Assembly (NCBI GenBank): GCA_038087875.1 | Contig: CM075989.1 | Location: 22,570,001-22,634,000, forward strand | DNA from: Malacoraja senta | Taxonomy: Eukaryota | DNA: 64,000 bases | Direction of reading: 5' to 3' | Shown: piece after piece, positions 49,918 through 61,319 of the stretch | Layout: each line of letters starts with the position of its first letter | Position numbering within the stretch: position 1 is the stretch's first letter | Notes under the pieces: model-generated | Seen by the model: only the letters and a program-made list of their open reading frames with translations | Told to the model about the DNA's origin: nothing | Databases searched by the model: none | Program-made: the position numbers and the translations under genes

Positions 49918-50492
49918 CGGGGCTGTGCCACTGCGGCGACCTAATCTGCGAGTTTAGCGACAAGNNNNNNNNNNNNNNNNNNNNNNNNNNNNNNNNNNNN
50001 NNNNNNNNNNNNNNNNNNNNNNNNNNNNNNNNNNNNNNNNNNNNNNNNNNNNNNNNNNNNNNNNNNNNNNNNNNNNNNNNNNNNNNNNNNNNNNNNNNNN
50101 NNNNNNNNNNNNNNNNNNNNNNNNNNNNNNNNNNNNNNNNNNNNNNNNNNNNNNNNNNNNNNNNTGTGTGTACGTGTGTGTGTGTACGTGTGTGTGCGTA
50201 CGTGTATGTGCGTGTGTGCGTGTGTGTGTGTGCGTGTGTGTGTGTACGTGTGTGTGTGCACGTGTGTGTGTGTACGTGTGTGTGTGTGTGTGTACGTGTG
50301 TGTGCGTGTGTGTGTACGTGTGTGTGTGTACGTGTGTGTACGTGTGTGTTTGTACGTGTGTGTGTGTACGTGTGTGTGTGTGTGTGGTCGGTCGATCCAG
50401 CTCGAGGTTTTCCAGGCGAGTGTCCTCGAGCTTGAAGGTTGAAGGCCCTCTTGTTAACTCGCGGATTAGGTCGCCGCAGTGGGACAGCCCCT
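49918..50492. mobile_element. Harbinger-type MITE spanning a gap, with an internal (TG)n-ACGT microsatellite
   Basis: About 36-bp TIR GGGGCTGTSCCACTGCGGCGACCTAATCYGCGAGTT. Confidence 0.7.
49965..50164. other. Assembly gap (200 N)
   Basis: N run. Confidence 1.
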
Positions 50493-50634
50493 TAAGTAAA
50501 ATAATCTGCGGGAATAATTAAGCAATGTAACTCACTGTTCATCACAAATGAACTAAAGAAGGGTCTAGACCTGAAACGTCACCCATTCCTTCTCTCCAGA
50601 GATGCTGCCTGTCCCGCTGAGTTACTCCAGCATC

Positions 50635-51455
50635 CCGGTAGTGGTGTCGCTGCCGAAGCAGCTGCGTCTCGCCTGCAGTCCGTTTGTCTTTTTTCTTTTT
50701 GTCTTTTTTTTTTGTCTTGTTAGGGGTATGTTTTGCGTTTATTTTTAGTTGTGTATATGTGGGGGGATGGGGGGGGTGGGGGAAACTTTTTAAATCTCTT
50801 CCTTGAACGGGTACGCAACCTTTTCCTTGTCATGTCTCCGTTTCGCTGGGGCCTAACATCGTGGAGCTGGCGGCCTCCAACTGGAATCGATCTGATGGCT
50901 CCGGTCGCAGAGCCTGTGGACTTACCATCACGGAGCTGGCTGACTTCGGAGGCTGTGGCGGCGCCGTGGCTGCGACCCGACTTCGGAGCTTCGGAGGCTT
51001 CGGCCGCAGGCCCTGTGGACAGTAACATCGGGAGCTCGCAGGTCCCTGGTAGGAGACCGATTTTCGGGAGCTCCCGCAACGGCAACTTCACCCGCCCCGA
51101 ATCGCGGTGTTTGAATCGGCCCATCGCAGGGCTTTATATCGTCCCGCGTGGCTTAATCGGCCGCGGGACTTACCATCCCCCACCGAGGGCTTTAACATCA
51201 AGAGCCTCGATCACCTCGACGCAGCAGTTTGACAGCCTGACCGCGGGAGAAGAACAGGGAAGAGATAAGACGTTTGCCTTCCATCACAGTGAGGAGGTGT
51301 TTGGAGATTCACTGTGATGGATGTTTGTGTGAATCCCTGTTAATTGTGTGTTGATTTTTTTTGGGGGGGGGGGGTTTGCTGTTATCACTGCAGTGAACGA
51401 AATTTCGTTCAAACTTTTGTTTGTTTGAATGACAATAAAGGCATTCTATTAAATC
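50635..51455 (+). mobile_element. CpG-rich non-coding retroposon with Rex/Babar-type 3' tail
   Basis: Internal repeated GACTT(A/C)CCATC/GGAGCT blocks, 13-bp hairpin, tail GAAATTTCGTTC...GAATGACAATAAA. Confidence 0.6.
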
Positions 51456-51982
51456 TATCTGCTGTTCCTTCCTACACATGTAATTAAAGCAAACCATTTC
51501 TACCCATTTAACAATGCTCTCCATTTCTAATTTTTTACTGGAGTTTCTATTACTTATATTAATAAAGGCGATGACTCTTCCATAGACTGCGTGACAATGC
51601 AGTGTGAAGATTCACTCTAGTGAATAGGGATTCTTATCCTGTGTCACAACTCATGCAGGATTCTGAGCACATTGACTGTGGCTGTTTCGCTCATTGCTTT
51701 GACTTGCTGTTCAATCTGATGAATACAGAGCAGTCTTTCAATTTCACCTTCCTCTCTGTATCCATGTTTAAGGCGCACTTCAGACCGGAACAAATATATA
51801 TTCCCCGTGAAAGAAAGATTTCCCATTGATAAACCTAAACCTTTTAGTTCCCCGCGTTTAATTTTGCAAGATCTGAGAATAGTTCCAGCGTTCTCTCTTC
51901 GTGGAAAAGAAAGACAGGAAAGCAGCGATTTTCACTCTTGCCTCTTTGCAATCAATTCGTTGACGAGTGTAGCTGGGACATG

Positions 51983-52721
51983 GGGGGAGATGGGATCTTC
52001 CCATCTCCCCCCATGTCTGCCTTCCGCAAAGACCGCTCCCTCCGTAACTCCCTTGTCAATTCTTCCCTTCCCTCCCATACCACCCCCTCCCCTGGTACTT
52101 TCCCTTGCAACCGCAAGAGATGCAACACTTGTCCCTTCACCTCCCCCCTCTCCTCCATTCAAGGACCCAAGCAGTCGTTCCAGGTGCGACAGATGTTCAC
52201 CTGCATCTCCTCCAACCTCATCTATTGCATCCGCTGCTCTAGATGCCAGCTGATCTACATCGGTGAGACCAAGCGGAGGCTTGGCAATCGTTTCGCCGAA
52301 CACCTCCGGTCGGTCCGCAATAACCAACCTGAACTCCTGGTGGCTCAGCACTTCAACTCCCCCTCCCATTCCGTATCTGACCTCTCTGTCCTGGGTCTCC
52401 TCCATGGCCACAGCGAGCAACACCGTAAATTGGAGGAAATGCACCTCATATTCCGCTTGGGCAGTCCACATCCTGGGGGTTTGAACATTGAATTCTCCCA
52501 ATTCTGCTAGCGCTTGCTGTCCCCTCCCCTTCATCAGCCACCTGGTTGTCTCCTCCCCTCCCCCAGCCCTCGGGCTCCTCCTCCGCCTTTTTCCTTTTTT
52601 CCTTTCTTCTCCCCACCCCCTATCAGTCTGAAGAAGGGTTTCGGCCCGAAACGTTACCTGTTTCCTTCGCTCCATAGATGCTGCTGCACCCGCTGAGTTT
52701 CCCCAGCATTTTTGTGTACCT
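51983..52721 (+). mobile_element. 5'-truncated Penelope-like element with an open GIY-YIG endonuclease segment (stop at 52510) and terminal hammerhead unit
   Basis: CNRKRCNTC linker, NLIYCIRCSRCQLIYIGETKRRLGNRFAEH, GLN motif; 15-bp TSD TGTAGCTGGGACATG (51968-51982, 52722-52736); hammerhead motif at 52628. Confidence 0.93.
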
Positions 52722-52951
52722 TGTAGCTGGGACATGTTGGCCAGTGTGGACAAGTTGGGCCGAAGGGCCTGTTTCCACACTGTATCACTATGACTCCATT
52801 CACATCCAACTCCAGTTATTCAAACCACAGTTATTCCATTATATTTTGACCTAGGTATAAAACTCATTTTGAAAACTTCAGTGTTGAAGAGTAAAGAGAA
52901 TAATGTCTGGTTATCTCTTCAACCATAAAATTATACTTAAATTAACTTGGT

Positions 52952-53552
52952 TGGTGGCACAGTGACGCAGCGGTACAGCTGCTACCTCACAGCGCCAGAG
53001 TTGAGTTTAGTTGAATTTAGTTACAGCGTGGAAACAGGCCCTTCAATCCATTGGGTCCACTCCGACCGATGTTCACCCGTACACTAGTTCTATCCTACAC
53101 ACTAGGGGCACTTTACCGAAGCCAATTAACCTACAAATCCGCACATTTTTGGAATGTGGGAGGAAACCGGAGAAATTGGAGAAAGCCCACGCGGTCACAG
53201 GGAGAACGTACAAACTCCACACAGACAGCACCCGAGGTCAGAATCGAACCCGGGTCTCTGGCCCTGTGAGGCAGCAACTCTACCGCTGCTCCACTGTGTC
53301 CTCTGCTAAAGGGGCCCGGTTTTCAATCCTGCCGACAGGTGCTGTCTGTGTGGAGTTTGTACGTTCTCCCTGTGACTGCATGGGTTTTCTCCGGGTGCTC
53401 CACTTTCCTCCCACATCCCAAAGATGTGTTGGTTTTTAGGTTAATTGACTTCTGTAAACTGTCCCTAGCGCGTATGAGAAGATAGTGTGTACCAGTGATC
53501 GATGCTCGGTGTGGACTCAATGGGCCGAAGGCTTGTTTCACTCCAAACTAAA
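52952..53552. mobile_element. V-SINE (minus, 53003-53300) nested within another V-SINE (plus)
   Basis: Plus-strand head 52952-53000 resumes near 53310. Confidence 0.8.
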
Positions 53553-54204
53553 TTGTAATCGGCAATAGTTTTATTTGCTCGGCAATAGGTGTTAGGCTAT
53601 TTCTACATCAGTAAATGAAAATCTAATAAAAGCTTCTGATGCTGGTAATCTAAAATAAACAGATTCAGCAGGTCAGACGGCAGCTGTGGGAAAATAACTC
53701 AGAATCTGAAACATTAATTGCTTCTCTTTCTGCAGATGCTGCCTTGCCCTCTGAGGGCTTCCAATAGTTTTTGTTGCCTTCATTCCTTTTCAGAACGTCA
53801 GTATTGAAACTATGGCTGTCGTTGTGTCTTTAAAAAACACCTCTACTGACTCCTCTTGATACATCTTTGTAGAAGAACCACTGGGGCAGCTTATGAAGAC
53901 CATAAGAGAAGAAGAAATAGCTGCAGAACTGAGCCCCAGATAGACACAAAATGCTGGAGTAACTCAGCGGAACAGGCCATCGAGTCTGCCATTCGATCAT
54001 GGCTGATCTATCCTTCCCTCTCAACCCCATTCTCCTGCCTTCTCCCCATAACCCGTGACACCCTTACTAATCAAGAATCTATCAATCTCCGATTAAAAAT
54101 TCACAATGACTTGGCCTCCAGAGCCGTCTGTGGCAATGCATTCCACAGACTCACCACCCAAGAGAAACGAACTATGAATCAAAAGATGGTTGTTTAGATT
54201 ATTA

Positions 54205-54652
54205 GGTTAGAGCTACTGGGCGGAAACAGGCCCTTCGGCCCACCGACTCCGTACTGACCAGCGATCCCCGCACACTAGGGACAATTTACATTTATACCAT
54301 TTATATTTATACATTTACTTTCTTGCTCCCGTTCCTCCCATCCTGCCCCCCCCCCCCCACCCCAACCCTCACATCAGTCTGAAGAAGGGTCTCGACCCGA
54401 AACATTGCCTATTTCCTTCGCTCCATAGATGCGGCCTCACCCGCTGAGTTTCTCCAGCATTTTTGTCTACCTTACATTTATACCGAGCCAATTAACCTAC
54501 AGACCTGTATGTCTTTGGAGTGTGGGAGGAAACCAAGGATCTCGGAGAAAACCCATACAGGTCACGGGGAAATGTACAAACTCCATACAGACAGCACCCG
54601 TAGTCGGGATCGAACCCGGGACCCAAGGCAGCAACTCTACCGCTGCACCACC
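54205..54652 (-). mobile_element. V-SINE split by a Penelope 3' end (about 54320-54471, plus)
   Basis: Hammerhead motif at 54379; SINE resumes at TTACATTTATACC. Confidence 0.8.
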
Positions 54653-55360
54653 ACCCAGTTGTATTGCAATACAACCTTCCATTATGGTGGAAAAAGTTTC
54701 ATTGTGATGACATCCAGCACTGAGAGCTGTTTCTTTCCCATCTAAATCCTTCTGGGATCACAATTAGTCACTGATTAAATAACTACCCCATTAGGTTTGC
54801 GGAGGTCAGTAGTTATTAAAACAACTGTATTAGCATAACAATAGTGTGATTTTAATTGGGCAGGCTAATTTGACAATGTCAAAATAAAATTGCGAGGATT
54901 AAACTAATTCTAAGCTCATTGTTTTATTTTATAATGTTAATAACTACATCCCAGCATTAATCTAAAAACATCTCCATATATGAACTTCGCCTTGACATTC
55001 TCTTTTGAAGGTAAACTCAAACATTGGCACTTCCATTTCAACTGTTTCCAATCTAATAGGCCCATTTAACATGACAAATAAACATTCTACTTTGTTACGT
55101 CCACTTTGGGCAGAAAGAACCAGGCCCCTTATTTTTCAACACATTTATCTTCTATTGGTTGCACAATTAACTTTGATTTGCTCACACTGAATTGAAACAC
55201 TTAGTCATTAACCAACAGGATACAGTGTGGATTCTCCCTTGAGGCGTATGGCATTTCACTGAAGTGTTTCCAAATGCTGCTCCGGAGGTAGCCCTTGGTG
55301 GGAAAAAAAAACCTTGGTCGTCAGACAGGTGGAAACATTTAATTGTGACATTCCTCCACA

Positions 55361-55845
55361 GTGACGTTGCAGAGAATTGTGGACGCAGCCCAGACCATCG
55401 CACAATCCGACCTCCCTTCCATTGACTCCATCTATACCTCACGCTGCCTCGGCAAGGCCAGCAGCATAATCAAGGACATGTCCCACCCTGGCCACTCCCT
55501 CTTCTCCCCTCTCCCATCGGGCAAGAGATGCAGAAGTGTGAAAACGCACACCTCCAGATTCAGGGAGAGTTTCATCCCAGCTGTTATCAGGTAACTGAAC
55601 CATCCTTGCACAACCAGAGAGCAGTCCTGAACTACTATCTACCTCATTGGAGACCCTCTGACTATCTTTGATCAGAATTTACGGGCTTTATCTTGCACTA
55701 AACGTTATTGCCTTATCGTGTATCTGTACACTGTGAATGGCTCGATTGTAATCCGTGTATTGTCTTTCTGCTGACTGGTCAGCCCGCAACAAAAGCTTTT
55801 CACTGTACCTCGGAACACGTGACAATAAACTAAACTCAACTAAAG
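55361..55845 (+). mobile_element. Rex1/Babar 3' fragment with complete 3'UTR
   Basis: LQRIVDAAQTI...HPGHSLFSPLPSGKR...SFIPAVIR; tail GTGACAATAAACTAAACT. Confidence 0.88.
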
Positions 55846-55971
55846 TTGGGGAAGGGATTGTCCCAACGATGGCAAATTTGGCATCCAAGGAAAGCTGGAA
55901 AATGTCTCAACATTTTGTGTGCTGAAACCTTCAACAATAGGTTGTGAACCATTTTAGTCATGATGCTAATT

Positions 55972-56555
55972 ATAGAAAAATAGAAAATAAATGCAGGAGT
56001 AGGCCATTCAGCCCTTCGAGCCTGCACCGCCATTCAATATGATCATGGCTGATCATCCAACTCAGTATCCTGTACCTGCCTTCTCTCCATACCCCCTGAT
56101 CCCTTTAGCCACAAGGGCCACATCTAACTCCCTCTTAAATATAGCCAATGAACTGGCCTCAACTACCTTCTGTGGCAGAGAATTCCAAAGATTCACCACT
56201 CTCTGTGTGAAAAATGTTTTTCTCATCTCGGTCCTAAAAGATTTCCTCCTTATCCTTAAACTGTGACCCCTTGTTCTGGACTTCCCCAACATCGGGAACA
56301 ATCTTCCTGCATCTAGCCTGTCCAACCGCTTAAGAATGTTGTAAGTTTCTATAAGATCCCCCCTCAATCTTCTAAATTCTAGCGAGTACAAGCCAAGTCT
56401 ATCCAGTCATTCTCCATATGAAAGTCCTGCCATCCCAGGAATCAGTCTGGTGAACCTTCTCTGCACTCCCTCTATGGCTATAATGTCTTTCCTCAGATTT
56501 GGAGACCAAAACTGAACGCAATACTCCAGGTGTGGTCTCACCAAGACCCTGTACA
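55972..56555 (-). mobile_element. CR1 3' fragment
   Basis: Same subfamily as 33814-35037. Confidence 0.9.
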
Positions 56556-57364
56556 AATCCTTGTGACGTATAAGGATTTGAAATGCAAAGTTATAAATAG
56601 TAAGTCAACTCCAAGCATAAAATAGAAATATATTTTCAGTATGTTAATTGGACGTAGACTAGAAATCTATAGAAAACAGAAGATGGACACACAAAAAACC
56701 GGAGTAACTCAGCGGGTCAGACGTTTCAACCCGAAACATCATCTATTCCTTTTCTCCAGAGATCCTGCCTGACCCGCTGAGTTACTCCAGCTTTTTATAT
56801 CTATCTTCTGTTTAAACCGGCATCTGCAGTTCCTTCCTACATAGAATAGAATGTATGACTACACGTAGAAAATGTATCACGACAAGATACTTGGGCTTTC
56901 AAGTCTCAAAATGCTTTCATTTATCCAGGTCATTTCACACAGAGAAAGATTTGCCACAAGTTTATTAAACAAAGTGAGGACGAGTGGTCATGAGAGGAAT
57001 AGATGGGGGAATAGATCGGGTAAACGCACAGAGACTTTTGCCCGGAGTAGGGGAATCGAGAACCAGTGGACATATGAGTGGGGAAAGATTTAATAGGAAC
57101 CTCAGGGGTAACCTTTTTTACACAATGGGTGGTGGTTGTATGGAACAAGCTGCCAGAGGAGGTAGTTGGAGACAGTACATATTAGTTCATTCCAGTAAGA
57201 CCGTCCAGTCATTCTGGAATGATTAGAAGCCATTGCTCTCAATTCTCTCCCGATACATTACCTGACCTGCACCTTCTGATTTTATTCCATTTTTCTACCA
57301 TCTGCAGCAGTTTGTTTTTTTGCAAAATGCCAAATTGGGTGCAAATTATAAATTATAAAGCATT

Positions 57365-57925
57365 TCGGTAAAAACACTGGTCAGACCTTATTTGGAGTAT
57401 CGTGAGCAATTATGGGCCCCGTATCTGAGGAAGGATGTGTTGGGGTTGGAGAGGGTCCAGAGGAGGTTTAAGAGAATGATCCCAGGAATGAGTGGGTCAA
57501 CATATGATGAGCGTTTGGTGGCACTGGGCCTGAACTCGCTGGAGTTTAGAAGGAGGGGGGGGGGACCTCATTGAAACATACAGAATAATGAAAGGCCTGG
57601 ATGTGGAGAGGATATTTCCACTGGTGGGAGAGTCGAGGACCAAAGGGCACAGCCCCAGAATAAAAGGACGTACATTTAGAAAGCAGATAAGGAGGAATTT
57701 CTTTAGCCAGAGGGTGGTGAATCTGTGGAATTCATTGCCACAAGTGGCGGTGGAAACAAAGTCATTGGGTATTTTTAGAGCAGGTTCTTAATCAGTAAGG
57801 GTGTGAAAGACTGCAGGGAGAAGGTAGGAGAATGGGGTCAAGAGGAAAAGGTAGATCAGCCGTGATTGAATGGCCTGATGGACCAAATGTCCTAATTCTG
57901 CTCCTGTGACTTATGAACTTATGAA
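57365..57925 (+). mobile_element. Degraded CR1 3' fragment
   Basis: WAPYLRKDVLGLERVQRRF and FFSQRVVNLWNSLPQ remnants. Confidence 0.85.
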
Positions 57926-58102
57926 AGAGAATTGCATCGTGAATTACAAAAGCATTATGTACAGAATCTATATTCATTTTGCCTTTCTCCGTACAACAAT
58001 TTGCATCAGTGTGCATTTTCAACCACCCAGGAGCACATTAAATGCATCAGAAAACAGTGCCAGGTGACCAAGAAACACCCACTTTGAACTATAATATGCT
58101 CT

Positions 58103-58116
58103 GTTGCTATGGTAAC
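58103..58116. promoter_or_regulatory. Candidate RFX X-box
   Basis: GTTGCTATGGTAAC near-palindrome in non-repeat DNA. Confidence 0.4.
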
Positions 58117-58449
58117 ATTCATACCTCAGTATTCAAAGATGGGTTCCAATATTGCAAGACATGTTTGCATAGAAACAGGATGGATATTGCATTGCTTAAT
58201 TCCTGGATGGGGTAATGTGTTTATATATATTCATTAAATTCTGCGCATTCATTGATTATGTATGTGAAGAGACGTGTCTAAAGATTGACGGGATTCTTTC
58301 TCTGAAACTATTTCAAAGAAGGAAAGTGCTTATTGACATGTTTGGGAGGTTCATTGTTTGCTCCCTTCCGCTTTTCGTGATCATTCATCGCGTCGGGCTG
58401 TGTTACGGAAACTTAATAGACAACTTTTAACAACAGCTGGATGTACGGT

Positions 58450-58910
58450 CATAACGCCATAAATGATAGAAGCAGAATTAGGCCATTCGGCCCATCTAGT
58501 CAACTCTGCCATTCAATCATGGCTGTTCTATGACTTCCCCCTAACCCCATTCTCCTGCCTTCCCCCCATAAATCTTGACACCTGTACTAATCAAGAATCT
58601 ATCTATCCCCACCTTAAAAATGTCCATTGACTTGGCCTCCACAGCCCTCTGTGGCAATGAATTCCACAGATTCACCACCATTTCTTTCATCAGGAGGTGG
58701 TGAATGTGTGGAATTCATTGCCACAGACGTCTGTGGAGGCCAAGTCATTGGGTATTTTTTAAAGCATAGATTGACAGGTTCTTGATTAAAGAAGTAAAGA
58801 TATTGAAGGTTGTGGGGAGAATGGGTTTGAGAGGGAAAGATAGATCAGCCATGATATAATGGCGGAGTAGACTGGATGAGGTGAATGGCCAAATTCTGCT
58901 CCAATGACAT
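58450..58910. mobile_element. Two CR1 3' ends joined head-to-head near 58681
   Basis: Minus copy 58450-58680, plus copy 58681-58910. Confidence 0.75.
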
Positions 58911-59512
58911 TAACAATGATGACCTAGAGTTATAGAGTCATACATCATGGAAACAGGCCTTTCGGCCCAACATGCCTAGGCCAGCCAACACATCCCAACT
59001 ATATTAGTCCCACCTGCCTGCGTTTAGCCCATATTCCTCTGAACATGTCCAATCCATGTACCTGTCTAACTGTTTCTTGAACGTTGAGACAGTCCCAGCC
59101 TCAACTACCTCCTCCGGCAGCTCATTCCTTACACCCACCACCCTTTGTGTGAAAGAGTTACCCCTCAGATTCCTATGAAATCTTTTCCACTTCACCTTTA
59201 ACCTATGTCCTCTGGTGATCACAAGTCTGGAGAACGGTCAGTAGTTATGTGGGTCCATTTTGTCATCGCCCTTGCAAAATGTGGGCTGCTGCACTGAATC
59301 GTGTACAGAACAATTTTCCCTGGGTTGCTTTAGCAATTCCACACACTTTTATGAATTGAACAGCAAGATAAGTTTAACCAGCTGTCAACACACTTCTGCA
59401 AATGGTTTAAAATGCGAACTAGGATGCCTGAAAGATTGTCAATTGGCAATTAAATTACCAGCTTAAGTTTATTAAGCAGCCTGTATATCATTTAACTGAC
59501 TAGCACTTCAAT

Positions 59513-59748
59513 TACAGTGGTTGTGAATCTATGGCATTCTCTGCCACAGAAGGCAGTGGAGACCAATTCACTGGATGTTTTCAAGAGAGAGTTAGATTTA
59601 GCTCTTAGGGCTAATGGAATCAAGGGATATGGGGAAAAAGCAGGAATGGGGAACTGATTTTGGATGATCAGCCATGATCATATTGAATGGCGGTGCTGGC
59701 TCAATGGGCCAAATGGCCTGCTCCTGCACCTATTTTCTATGTTTCTAT
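59513..59748 (+). mobile_element. CR1 3' end
   Basis: 3'UTR with TTTCTATG tail. Confidence 0.85.
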
Positions 59749-59944
59749 TACCAACATTTCTGAACAGCAACAGGAGGAAGCAAAGTTATTGCTGAGAATT
59801 GAGAAAGGTTCTTAACCTTGCCTTCAGTTTTTACTGTGATAATTTGAAGAGGACTTCTGAGACACTTTGGGAAACCACCCAAGGCATTTTATCAATACCA
59901 TAAGCATTCTACCAATGTTTATCCAGGAACCAACACTAACATGA

Positions 59945-60283
59945 ACCACACAAACCAACCTCCCTTCCATTGACTCCATCTACACCTCACGCTGCCTCGG
60001 CAAGGCCGGCAACATAATCAAGGACGAGTCTCACCCCCGGTCACTCCCTCTTCTCCCCTCTCCCATCGGGCAAGAGGTACAGAAGTGTGAAAATGCACAC
60101 CTCCAGATTCAGGGACAGTGTCTTCCCAGCTGTTATCAGGCATCTGAACCATCCTATCAACAACTAGAGAGCAGTCCTGAGCTACTATTTACCTAATTGG
60201 AGCCCCTCAGACTACCTTCAATCGGACTTTACCTTGAACTAAACTTTATCCTGTATCCGTACACTGTGGACGGCTCGATTGTA
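59945..60283 (+). mobile_element. Rex1/Babar 3' fragment interrupted at 60283; tail resumes near 60920-61012
   Basis: Near-identical to 55380-55750. Confidence 0.82.
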
Positions 60284-60825
60284 TTTTTTTTTTTTTAATT
60301 TAAATTTTATTTATTAGAAGTACATTAAATTACAAAAAATTACATTAGTGCTCATCACGTATACCTTATTACAATTAATGTACTCCGTCATTTTTTTTAA
60401 ACTAATAAAAAGAAAAGGTTGAAATTAAGAAAAAAGAGAAAGTGAAGGAAAATAGTGAAAGTGTAAAAACGTGTCAACAGGAAAGAACAGAGACCCTGTA
60501 GAAAAGAAATTAAAGATAAAAGATGAAGAGATAGACCCTAAAGAAGAAAAAAAGAGAAAGAAAAGAAAAGAGTAAAACAAGTACTCTATTATGAGCATCA
60601 CGCAAATGGGATCTACCAACTCGCCACCTTTCATCCCCCTTTACCTGACATAGGTGCTTTTTAAAAAAAAATATATATTTTTATTTATTAGAAGTACATT
60701 ACATTACAACCACATACATTAGTACTCGTCACTTATGTCTTCTTACAATTAATGTACTCCATTTATTTTTTACACTAGAAAAAGAAAAGATTGAAAGAAA
60801 GAAGAAAGTGAAGGAAAAAGTGACA
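60284..60825 (-). mobile_element. Two related poly(A)-tailed LINE 3'UTR fragments (L1/Tx1-like)
   Basis: TTTTATTTATTAGAAGTACATTA... block at about 60305 and 60678; AATAAA followed by A-tract on the minus strand. Confidence 0.5.
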
Positions 60826-61189
60826 TCGGTACTTTTTTAAAGTACTTTTGCACCTTATGCTTGTAATAGTTCTATAAATGCAGACCACGTCAGATGGAAG
60901 TGATCTGATTTGCCTGCCAGATTGTATGCATGTATTGTCCTTCCGCTGACTGGATAGCACGCAGCAAACCTTTTCACTGTACCTCGGTAACGTGACAATA
61001 ATCTAACGAAACTAATGATTTAATTGTTCAATGGTGCATTTATTGCCACGGGTGCGAACACAAAGTGAAATTATTGTGCTCACATACAGTCCAGCCCAGT
61101 ATTCCCAGACACAAGCACATCCTTGATTAACAAATGTACAGAAATAGTCCAGTTTAATTTAGTTTAGTTTAGAGATACAGCGCGGAACA

Positions 61190-61319
61190 TGTCGCCTGTT
61201 TGGTCATGAGTAGTCGCCCAAAGAGTCGCACCTTTTTCTGGTCGCTGCTGGATTTGAAAATTTTGACCTGCTGCGACTATGACGGTTGCCGAAAAAATCG
61301 CGTAAGTGGGGCAGGCCCT
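61190..61319. mobile_element. Partial Harbinger-type MITE (right TIR only)
   Basis: AAGTGGGGCAGGCCCT followed by TTA. Confidence 0.55.

Noticed and set aside
50635..50690. Possible HDV-like ribozyme at the 5' end of the CpG-rich element
   Set aside because: Only a CTGC/GCAG stem is visible; no P1/P2 pseudoknot or UYCNCGY loop could be built
50733..51317. 194-aa ORF
   Set aside because: Low-complexity GC-rich repeat interior with no recognisable domain
51932..52780. 282-aa minus-strand ORF
   Set aside because: Antisense shadow of the Penelope GIY-YIG segment and its terminal repeat
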